A stretch of DNA of 64,000 bases from Elusimicrobiota bacterium (GTDB lineage Bacteria; Elusimicrobiota; Elusimicrobia; F11), in NCBI GenBank assembly GCA_022072025.1, contig JAJVIP010000010.1, positions 178,050-242,049 on the forward strand, read 5' to 3'. Numbering within the stretch: position 1 is the stretch's first letter; every line of letters begins with the position of its first letter. The position numbers were made by a program, and so were the translations under genes. Positions 46,801-58,800 of the stretch are shown in pieces. The notes under the pieces were generated by a model. That model did not search any database. It saw only the letters and a list, made by a program, of their open reading frames with translations, and was not told where the DNA came from.

Positions 46801-49800
46801 GGCCGACCCAACAGGTCGAAGGCTCCCTGCCCCAACACCGTGTTCACGGAACGATTGAAGGTATGGTCCGCTTGGAACACCGGAGTTTCATAGCGCCCTC
46901 CGCCCCAATCCGGGTTTTTGAGATCATTGTTGATGAGCGTGTTATCGGAACTGAAGGACCGCGTGATCACCTTGTCAAAAGCCATTTTTCCGGAGAAGCC
47001 CCAAATATCGCCTTGATGCGTGGTTTGACTGATGGACTTTTGGAACCGCGCTCCGTCAAAATTGAGATACCAGGAATCGATCACCGGCGCGTGAGCCGCA
47101 TGAGGTTGACCACTGGTCTCCTTCCAACTGTTTTCATAGGTGGTTCGACTGAAACCCCGGAACCAGGTGTCATTTTCTTGCACAAACGGAATTTCAAAGG
47201 AGCCCTCACCCCATTCACTGTCAATTCCAAGGGTTCCCGATTTCTTTTTATCGTTGCTCGAGAAAATCAGGGATCGGCTTTCCTTGAGCCGAACGATTCC
47301 CAACGAACGCCACAGGTCATCGCGGTTGTCTTGCTCCAATATCACTTTATTGAACCCTACGTTATGTCCTTCCCCAATGCCGCTGTCGCTCCAACTCCAT
47401 CCAGTGGAGCGTGGCGCCAATTCGGTGGGTCGGCCCATCACGCCGAATTCTTTGTGAGTGGAACCCACGTAATCGGTTTTGATCGAGGTTCGGGAACGGC
47501 TGTCATCAAAAGAACGAACCGGATCATCAAACGTGCCGCCGCCGAAAATAATCGTGGCGCCACGTTCGCCAAAAAGGGCGGCGTCAGCTTCAGTTCCCTG
47601 CTCCGTCCAATCGGAGCTGTAGGACCTTGATTCCGTGGATTCCAAAACCAAGCGGCCCAACGTGTTCCAGAAGAAAGGATCATTTTTTTGGGTGGACCGC
47701 GCCGCGGTGTAGGAAGTCAGTCCATCAAAACTCCAGTTCCAAGAAGACACCGTGGGCAACGCGTCGGCCACCAATTTTCCGGTGGCGGCGTCAAAGGAAC
47801 CCGCGTAGGTGGTGCGCGCATAACTGCGCGAAAGAGACCGATCGTCCTGCGCCGCGGGGTTCCCAAAGGTGCCGTTTCCTTGACGATCGCTCGACCAAGA
47901 CCGAACGGCGCTCTCCACCAATCGCGTGAGGCCGGTGTTTTTCCAAATGACATCGTCATTTTTCTGCGCGATCTCTGAAGCCGTGAACCCCGTGTGTCCG
48001 GTTTCACGGCCCGCGGGAATTCCATCAAATGACAGGGACTTTCCAAAGGCCGTGGGCGCCTTATCCGTCAAGCGCCCGGTCACGGGATTGTAGCTGTCCT
48101 TAAAGGAGGTGGTGAATTCCGACGTGCTCCAAGAATCCGTCACGTGCGCGACCGGATTCTCCAGCGTGCCCTCGCCATATCGTTTGGTTTTCCAGGCGTC
48201 CTCAAAGGTCCCCCCTTCTTTTCCATTCGAGGAGAAGGAGCGGGACGTGCTCTCCAACACAAGCGCCCGGCCCAAGTGGTATTGAACGGACCCGTTGTAT
48301 TTTTCAATTGAAATGGATTTGGTGAAGGTGTTGAAACCATCGAAACTTAAATTCTCGGATTCCAAGAGTCGCGGAGCGTAAGTTTGATCTTCGATATCGC
48401 CGCTTCCGCGCTCCACGCCGCCGAATTCATTCCAACGGGGCCGGTTGTCTTGCGCCCGATAACTGCGGGCATAACTGCCATCGGCATTCAATTTAAATGG
48501 ATCATCGTAACTGCCCTCACCTAAATCGTTCGATGAGAAACTTCGCGTGATGGACAAACCGTCCCGCTCCACGCCTTGGTTTTTCCAAATGTCTTTTGCC
48601 GACTCCACGCGAAATTCGGATTTGTTGTATCCAAGTGTATTGTTCGGCAAATATCCGTCATAGGAGAGACTGGTTCCCACCGTGACCGGAGCTTTATCGG
48701 TTGGACGTGAAGATTCCAGGTCATAAGCCCCCTCATACAGCCGTTTGCTTTCGCTCTTGTTCCAGCCTCCCGTCATTTGGACCGCGGGCCTGTCATAACT
48801 GCCCCCGCCATAAACCAACAGGCTGCTGTAATCGATCACATCTCCATGAGAATCCTTCACAAGAATGGGTTTTTCAAACAATGCTTGCGCCTCCCAAGTC
48901 GACGCGGCGTTATCCGAGGTCCAATTGTGCGAGGTGACTTCCAAGGCCAACGCTTTTCCAAAGCGGTTCCACAAAACAGAATTAAATTTCGTGCTGGATT
49001 CGGACCGCGAATAATTGGCCACCCCGTCAAAACTCCAACTGCCGCTGTGGTTCACAGGAACACCGTCGGCCTTTCGATTGATGGCGCCGATGACCGTTCG
49101 ATCCCCGTCGGAAATCACCTGATCCCCATCCACATAACTGTTGGAATAGTCGGTGACGGACCAGAACCGCGTCGACTCGCCCGTCTCCATTTCCACCGGC
49201 GATTCAAAACGGCCGCGCCCTTCTTTGTCGGAGCTATAGCCGATTGACACTTCTATGGTTGAACGCAAAAGCCCCGTGAGTTCCCAAATTTTTTGGTTGT
49301 GGGCTCTGTATATCTCACTTTTGGAATAACCCACATTGATGCCAGGAAGAGCCAAGCCATCAAAACTCAAACTCCATCCTTCTGTCCATGGCGTGTTGGT
49401 CCCGATGGCCTTGGAGGTCGTGAGGTCATAACTGTTGGTGTAATGGGTCACCAAATGGTTTTTGCTCCAACTGCCGTCTTTTTGCGGCGTGGGATTGGAA
49501 AAATTCCCCAAACCAAAAGCGGGCACCCGGTTCATGTCCACGAACCCTCCGACGGCGTCTCGAACGACCAAGGTTCGACCCAAGGCTTGATCCGCCTCCC
49601 ACGGAGCCGCAGAATCATCGCTCGAATAACTGTCCACCACGCTTTCCGAAAGCAATGTTTTGCCAAACCGGTTCCAGATGTCCACGTTAAATTTCTGGGT
49701 AATGTCGGTTCGTGTGTATTGATGGAAACCGTCAAAACTCCAACTGCCGCCTTTGACCACCGGCACGCCCTGGGCGGACCGGTTAATGGCGCCCAGATTT

Positions 49801-52800
49801 TTTCGCCATTGGGAAGGCGCCACTTGAACCCCATCAATATAACTCGAGCTGTAGTCGGTGACCGTCCACGATCTGAATTGACTGCCGTCGGCGGAAGAGA
49901 GGGAGTTCAAATCATGGTAATCGCCCTCTCCCGCGGCATTGGAGTTGAAGCTCAAAGACACCGACGAATCCAACCGCAAAAGACCGGCCGCGTCCCACAG
50001 ATGAGAGTTGTAGGTTTGATATATGAGACTCTTGGAATATCCCAATCCCAAATGGAGAAGAGCGGTTCCGTCAAAACTCAAACTGAACCCTTCCGCCCAG
50101 GGTGTTGAAAGTCCCGTCGGAAGAGTCGTGAGCGGATCATAGCTGTCTTGATAATGGGTGATCATTTCGCTTTTGGTCCAGCTCTCATCGCCCTGTTGGA
50201 GCGGCGACTCAAAGGATCCGCCACCGATCACCGCGATGTTGTTGTAATCAATTAAACGTCCTTGCGAATCCCGCCCCAATAGAGGCACGCCGAACTCACG
50301 ACCCGCCTGCCAGGTGTGCGCCTGATCATCAGAGGAGAAACTTCGAACCACCGAACGCGCGAGCAATGTTTTTCCGAATGTGATCCAGAAGGTCGGATCA
50401 AAAATTTGTTCGTTTTCAGACACGGTGAAATGTCCTTGGCCGTCATCGCTCCAGCCGCCCCCTTTGACCACCGGAACCGCGGCCGCCGTTCGGTTGACCG
50501 CGCCCGCTTTGGGGCCTGACTTGATCCACGCATTTTCATAACTCGTCACATTCCAGGAACGAGACCGGGTGTCATCGATGCCCCGATGCGGCTCCATCAG
50601 CGAACCCGCCTGACCCTCATCGGAGCTGTGGCTAAAATTAAAAGAGGCCTTGAGCCTCATTTGACCGGTGAGTTCCCAAATATCGTCATGGAACACTTGG
50701 TTGATGTCGGTTCGCGTATATCCAAGCCCGAGTCCCGGCAAAGAGAGCCCGTCAAAACTCAAGGACCATCCTGTTGAATGGGGCGCCACCGCGGTGGGCC
50801 GCGCGCTGTTTAAATCGTAACTGTCGTGGTAGCGGGTCGTGATTTCGCTTTTGTTCCAACTCAAATCGCTTTGAGAAAGCGGCGCGTCAAAGGTCCCTTT
50901 TCCAAACACGATGGTGGAACTCAAATCCAAAGACTGCCCAAAGGCGTCTCGAACCAAAACCGGCGATCCCGACAAGGAGGCCACATCCCAGAGACTCGGC
51001 AATTCATCACTGGAATAACTTCGGGAAACGGTCTCCAACATCAAGGTCTTGCCATGATTGATCCAGAATCTGGGATCGAATGTTTGCGCGGTATCGGTTC
51101 GGGTGAAACGCCCAAAACCGTCGTCACTCCAAGAGCCGCTCGACCCCACAGGCGTTCCCGCTTCAGTTCGGTTCACCGCGCCCGCCTTGGGCCCTCCAGT
51201 CACCCACGCATTGTCGTAAAGCAGAACGCTCCAAGAGCGGGATTGTTGACGGTCAATCCAAGGAACGGGTTGTTCAAAGTTGCCGGCTCCAAATTCATTG
51301 GAGGTCCAATTAAAATTCGCGTTCGCCTGAGTGCGCAACAAGCCCGTGGACGCCCAAAGCGCGCTGTTGTAGGTGGTATAACTCACTCCATGCGTGTGAC
51401 CGGTTCCCGGCATGAGACTGAGGCCGTCGAAGGAATGGGTTTCTCCTTCGCTCCACGGCGTGTGTTCAAAGGCGCCATCAGAAAAGGGTTTTGAGGTGGT
51501 TTCATCATAGGCGGTTTCGTAATGGGTGGTGATGCGGCTGCCATTCCAACTGTCATCGCCTTGAGCCACCGCTCCAAACAAGTTCGCGGGATTCACCTGG
51601 CCGCGGACCTCCATTTCCGTTTCAATTTTGATCTCTCCCGCGGCATCGCGGAACCGGATGACCCTCTCAGGGCTAAATTCCGCGCCCGCCCGCCAGAGAA
51701 CTTTTTTATCTTCGGTGGTTCCCGATGTTGTTTCAGTGAGGAACGCCACCGTCTTCCCAAAATTTTTCCATACGGCCTTATTGAAATCGGTTCGGGTCAA
51801 ACTTCGCGTGAACGTTTTAAACCCATCGAATGAAAACCCCCAGGACCAACTTTGCGGAACCCCCGAATCGGTTCGATTGACGGCGCCCATTTCTCGTCCG
51901 GAAGTTACCCAGGCATTGGCATAACTGGTGATGTTCCACGCCGCGTTGTAACTGTTGTCCGCGGCGCGAACGGGATTCTCAAGACTCCCATCTCCGGCCG
52001 CGTTCGACGTCCACGTTTTGCTGATGGATTGTTCGGTGCGCAGCAGGCCCCCCAAGGCCCAAAGCAGGGAATTGTACGTAGTATAGATGAGGCCATGGGT
52101 GTGGCCTTGGCCCGGCGCGAAACTGAGCCCGTCAAAATTGTGGGTTTCACCCTCTGACCAAGGGGTGTGTTCAAAGGAACCATCCTCATAGGGACGGCTG
52201 GTCGCTTCATCATAGGCCGTTTCATAATGCGTGGTCACGCGGCTGCCATTCCAACTCTCATCGGTCCCCGCCGCCGCGCCAAACAAATGGTCATTATCGA
52301 CGGGACCGCGAACCGTCATTTCGGTTTCGTTTTTGATTTGGCCATCGGCCTCCCGAATGAGCACTTGAAGCCCGGGATCAAACGCGGCTCCGACCCGCCA
52401 CGTATAAGGAGCCACCACGCCGTTCTCTCCCCGCGTGGAGGCTGAGATCGACACGCTTTGAGCCGCCACGGTTTTCCCAAATTGGGCCCATATATTTTTA
52501 TTAAAGGTTGTTTCAGTGAATGTTCGACTGTAGGAGCGGATCCCGTCAAACAAAGCGCTCCACGACACACTGGTGGGGGTGCCCAGCGCGCTGCGGTTGA
52601 CGGCGCCCAATTGGGATCCTTCGGTGATCCAGGCTTCGCTGAAATTGGTGACGCTCCAATTCATATTGCTGCTCCCGTCCAATTGAAAGACAGGATTGTC
52701 GATGGATCCCTCCCCCACCGCGTTGGACGACCAAGATTTATTGACGGACGTGAACGTTCGAAGCAGTCCCGCCCCTTTCCAAATGTCGTTGTTGTAGGTG

Positions 52801-55800
52801 GTATAGAGCACACCGTGCGTATGGCCTTGACCGGGGATGGGGCTCAAGCCGTCAAAATTGTGGCTCTCCCCTTCGCTCCAAGGGGTTCGTTCAAAGGACC
52901 CCTCTTTCCATGGTTGAGAGGTGCTTTCATCATAGGCCGTTTCGTAATGGGTCACCACGCGGCTGCCATTCCAACTGCCGTCGCTCTGCGGAAGTGCCTG
53001 GAATAAATTCGGATTGGCGCTCTCATCGATGGGCCCGCGGACCCGCATGCGAGACTCGTCATAGATATCGCCAACCGCGTCGCGGAGACGAACCCGAATA
53101 TCCGGATCAAATTGAGCCCCGACATTCCATTCATAGGGGTCTGCGATTCCATTGTCTCCGGCGGTGGTTCCGCTGACGGTTTCACTTCTCAATAAAACCG
53201 TTTTTCCAAACTGACTCCAGATGTTGTCGTTGAAAAGGCTGGTGGTGAGGCTGCGCGTATAGGTACGCAGACCGTCATAGGACACGCTCCATGAAAATCC
53301 CTTCGGGGTTCCCTGGCCGCTGCGGTTGACCGCTCCCACGTTATCGCCTTGCGTCACCCACGCGTCTTTGTAATTCGTCACACTCCAGGAAAGCGTGGTG
53401 GTGTTGTCCGTTTGGAAAATGGGCTCATTGATATTTCCCTCGCCCGCCGCATTGGACGACCAGGTTTTGCTCACATTGGAATCGGTGCGCAGCGTCGCGG
53501 CCCACTTCCATATTTCCGTGTTGTAAGTTGTGTAGATGAGACCATGGGTGTGGCCTTGACCTGGAACAAGAGAAAGACCATCGAAGTTATGACTCTCTCC
53601 TTCCGACCAAGGCGTTTGATCGAAACGGCCCTCTTGATAATGCCGGCTGGTGGCCTCATCATAGGCCGTTTCGTAATGAGTCACCACACGACTGCCGTTC
53701 CAACTGCCGTCTCCTTGCGGCAAGGCCTGATACAGATGGGGGGTCGCGCTGGTATCAATGGGGCCTTTAACACGGAGCAGGGTTTCATCGGTGAGGTTGC
53801 CTCGCGAGTCACGGGTTTTGAGGGTGAGGCCCTCTCCCAAACTCTGGGCCACATTCCACTGCCAATCGTTGATACGGCCTTGGTTGCCCTGCGTGGAACT
53901 TGACGTGCTTTCGGTTTGGCGAATCACCGTTTTTCCAAACCGGCTCCAAATGTTGTCGTTGAAATAACTGTGGGTGAGGGTGCGTGTGTAAGACCGCAAG
54001 CCGTCATAAGAAGCGCTCCACGTCGCGCCGGTGGGAGTTCCGCTCCCAGACCGGTTCACCGCGCCAGCGGCATCGCCAGAGGTGATCCAGGCATCTTTGA
54101 AATTCGTCACACTCCAAGCCACAGAGGTGCTGTTATCTTTCTGGGCGAGGGGATACTCAATATCGCCATGCCCCGCCGCGTTGGACGACCAGGTTTTGCT
54201 CAATGAGACATAGGTTCTCAGCACGGCCGCAAGCGCCCAGATCTCCGAATTATAGGAGGAGTGGGTGGTTCCATGCGTGTGGCCTTGTCCGGGAATGGAA
54301 CTGAGCCCATCAAAAGAATGGGTTTCGCCTTCGCTCCAAGGGGTGTGGAAATCCGCATTTTGGTAGCCGGCATCTCCTTCCTTCCACGGCCGCGAGGTGG
54401 CGGGGTTATAGGCCGTTTCATAATGCGTCACCACCCGGCTGCCGTTCCAACTGCCATCTCCTTGGGCCACCGCGTCAAACAAATTCCGGGAATCCACCGC
54501 CCCACGAACCGTCATCACCGTTTCATCGATCACGTTCCCATCGGCGTCTCGCGTTTTAATGAATACGCCGGGAGAAAACTTCCCGCCGACCGCCCAGGAA
54601 CTCGCCTCATCCCGGCTGCTGGAAGAAACAGATTCAGACGTTCGCGCCACAGTTTTTCCAAACTTTTTCCAAATCTCGGAATTAAATTTCGTTTCGGATT
54701 CACCTCGCGTGAATGTTTTAAACCCATCGTAATTAAAACTCCACGCCCAGCTTTGGGGAGTGGCCTCATCCGACCGATTGACGGCCCCGGCTTTGGCACC
54801 CGAGGTGATCCACGCGTTTCCATAATTGGTCACACTCCAGCTCAAATTCATGCTGTTGTCCTCTTGATAAATGGGGCGCTCCAGGCTTCCCGTCGATCCG
54901 TCCGCATGAGTATTCGTGGCATTCGAACTCCAACTCTTCGATACCGAATTGTCCGTTCGTAAAATCCCCGCCAACCGCCAAACCTCTTGGTTGTAGGTGG
55001 TCGATACAACCCCGTGGGTATGGCCCTGTCCTTCCAGCAGGGAAAGACCATCATAACTGTGCGTTTCTCCCACGCTCCACGGGGTATGATATTCAGCGCT
55101 TTCATACCCCACGTCGCCTCTCTGCCAAGGACGGGACGTCTCTTCGTTATAAGCGGTTTGGTAATAGGTGGTCACGCGGCTTCCATTCCAACTCTCATCG
55201 CCCTGGGCCACCGCCCCGTACATATTGTTTTCGTTCACCGTGCCGCGCACTTCCATAACGGTTTCATTGATGATTCTTCCATTGGCATCGCGCGTATAAA
55301 TGGACACATCCGGATCAAACTGACGCCCCGCGTTCCAATCATGGGTTTTGTTTTCGCTGGTGGCCGAGGTGGTTTCGGTTTTCAACAAAACGGTTTTTCC
55401 AAACTTCTTCCAGAGGTTGTTGTTGAATTCGGTTTTGGATTCGCTGCGCGTAAAGGTTCTAAAACCGTCGTAGGAAAAGCCCCACGACCAACCTTGGGGT
55501 GTGGCATTGTCTTCTCTGTTGACCGCGCCTGCCTTGTCACCGCTCGTCACCCAAGCGTTTTTGTAATTGGTGACGCTCCAGCTCAGGTTCGTGCTGTTGT
55601 CTATTTGCGCGAGCGGGTTCGTGATGCTCCCCGAGGTCCCGTCAGAAAGTGTGTTGGTGGCGTTCGAACTCCAACTTTTGCTCACAGAATTTTCTGTCCG
55701 CAACAGGCCCGCCCACCGCCAAACGTCTTGATTATACGTGGTGAAGATCATGCCATGGGTGTGGCCTTGACCCTCTTTGAGCAAGGGGGAGGTGTCGATG

Positions 55801-58800
55801 GCGCCAAGACCATCATAGCTGTGGGTTTCCCCTTCGCTCCAAGGTGTGCTCTCAGGAGAACCGTCTTGATGCGGGCGACTGGTTTCTTCATCATAAGCGG
55901 TTTCGTAATGCGTGACGATGCGGCTTCCGTTCCAGCTTTCATCGCCCTGAGCCACCGCATTAAATAGATTTCGCGAATCCAAGGCGCCCCGAACCTGCAT
56001 CCATGTTTCATCCCGAATAACACCATTCGCGTCTCTTGTCTTAATCGTGACATCGGGGTTGGACAATTCGCCCACTTTCCATTGGTGTGCCTCATCCCGG
56101 CTTGTGCCCGATTCGGTTTCGGTTCTGAACACCACCGTTTTTCCAAAACGCTTCCAGAGGGCGCGGTTGAATTCACTGGTTGATTGACTTCGCGTGTAAG
56201 TCTTAAAACCGTCGAAGGAGAACCCCCACGACCAACTGGTGGGAACCGCGTCATCGGTTCGGTTCACCGCGCCCGCTTTGGCTCCGCTCAATATCCAGGC
56301 GTTTCGATAATGGGTGACGCTCCAACTTAAGTTTGTGCTGTTGTCAGATTGATGAAGCGGGTTCGTGATGCTGCCGATGCCGTCCAACGGATGGCTGTTA
56401 TTGGCGGTGGAACTCCAACTCTTGCTTACGGAATGGTCGGTTCTTAGCAATCCCGCGTTTTTCCAAATTTCTTGATTGAAACTCGTAAAGACCACCCCAT
56501 GGCTATGCCCTTGTCCCTCCACCACCGAGAGTCCATCGTAGCTGTGGGTTTCGCCTTCGCTCCACGGCGTGTGGTGTTCCAAACCTTGGAAACCAAGGTC
56601 GCTCTCCTGCCAGGGGCGGGACGTCTCCACGTTATAAGCGGTTCGGTAGTGAGTGGTCACCCGGCTCCCATTCCAACTGCCATCGCCCTGAGAAACCGCG
56701 CCATACAAATTGTTTTCATCGCGGTCGGAATCCAACCAACCTCTCACTTGCATCAGGGTTTCATCTCGAATCACACCGTCTTGATCGCGTGTGCGAATGG
56801 AAAGGGGAAGACCAGCCGCCTGCGCCACGTTCCAGGTTCTTTCTTCATTCGCGCTTGTGCCCGAGGTCGTTTCAGTCTGGTAAATAACCGTTTTTCCAAA
56901 TCTCTTCCATATCTCTTTGTTGAAATCCGTTTTGGATTCGCTGCGCGTAAAGGTTCTAAACCCATCAAAGGAGAAACCCCACGACCAGCTTTGGGGCGTC
57001 GCGTCGTCCAATCGGCTCACGGCGCCGGCCTTGTCACCGCTTGTCACCCAAGCCTTGCCGTAATGGGTCACACTCCAACTTAAAGAAGTGCTGTTGTCCG
57101 ATTGATGGAGCGGATTGGTGATGCTGCCGATGCCGTCCAACGGATGGCTGTTGTCGGCGGTGGAGCTCCAACTCTTGCTCACGGAATTGTCGGTTCTTAG
57201 CAGCCCAGCGTTCTTCCAGATCTCTCGGTTGAATGTGGTGAAGGTAACCCCATGGCTATGGCCTTGGCCTTCCACCACCGAGAGTCCATCATAACTGTGG
57301 GTTTCCCCTTCACTCCACGGCGTGTGTTCAAAGGAACCGTCTTGGTGCGGGCGGCTCGTTTCAAGGTCGTAAGCGGTTTCGTAATGCGTGACGATGCGGC
57401 TTCCGTTCCAACTCTCGTCGCCTTGGGAAACCGCGCGGAACTTGTTGTTTTCGCTCACGTCACGGTCCAACAACCCGCGAACCCGCAGGCGCGTCTCATC
57501 TCGTATCACGCCTTCGTGGTCACGCGTGCGAACCGTCACGCCGGAACCGAACAATTCTCCGGTATCCCAATCTCTTTCTTCATCCCGGCTGGTGCCCGAT
57601 TCGGTTTCGGTTCTGAACACCACCGTTTTTCCAAATTTTTTCCAAATCTCCTGGTTGAATTCTGTTTTGGTTTCGCTGCGGGTGGTGGTTTTGAAACCAT
57701 CAAAGGAGAATCCCCACGACCAGCTTTGGGGCGTCGCCTCGTCCAGTCGATTCACCGCGCCAGCCTTGTCACCGCTTGTCACCCAGGCATTTCTGTAATT
57801 GGTCACACTCCAATTTAAATTGGTGCTGTTATCGGATTGGTGAAGCGGGTTTGTGATGCTGCCCACCCCATCCACAGAATGAATATTTGTCGCGGTGGAA
57901 CTCCAGCTTTTGCTCACAGAATTGTCGGTTCGCAGCAGGCCCGCGTTTTTCCAGACCTCCTGATTGTAAGTGGTGAAAACAACGCCATGGGTATGACCTT
58001 GGCCTTCCACCACCGAGAGTCCATCATAGCTGTGGGTTTCCCCTTCGCTCCACGGCGTGTGTTCGAAGGAACCGTCTTGGTGGGGGCGGCTCGTTTCCAA
58101 GTCGTAAGCGGTTTCGTAATGCGTGACGACGCGGCTGCCGTTCCAACTGCCATCGCCTTGTGAAACCGCGTCATATAAATTGTTTTCGTTTCGGTCCTCA
58201 TCGAGAAGTCCCTGGACCCGCATCGTGGTTTCGTCGATAAGCCGACCGTCTTTGTCACGCACCCGAATGATCACATCGGGATCAAAAGCGCGACCCACGT
58301 CCCAATTGCGTTCTCCTGGCAAACTGGTGCCGGAGGTGGTTTCCGTTTTGAGCACCACCGTTTTTCCAAATTTCTTCCAAATCTCCGAGTTGAATTCTGT
58401 TTTGGATTCGCTGCGCGTATAGGATTTGAAACCGTCAAAGGAGAAACCCCAGGACAAACTGACAGGCGTGGCGTCATCCGCGCGGTTGACAGCGCCCGCT
58501 TTGTCGCCGCTCGTGACCCAGGCATTTCGGTAATTCGTCACGCTCCAATTTAAAGAAGTGCTGTTGTCGAGTTGGTGGAGCGGATTGCCAATGCCGCCTT
58601 GGGTTCCGTCTGGAAGCGTGTTGGTGGCATTCGAACTCCAACTCTTGCTCACGGAATTGTCGGTTCGCAGAAGTCCCGACAAACGCCACACCTCTTGATT
58701 GTAAGAGGTAAAGGTGACCCCATGCGTGTGACCTTGGGCTTCTTTGAGTTGCGGTGAGGTCTCAATGGCTCCCAGGCCGTCAAAGCTGTGAGTTTCGCCC

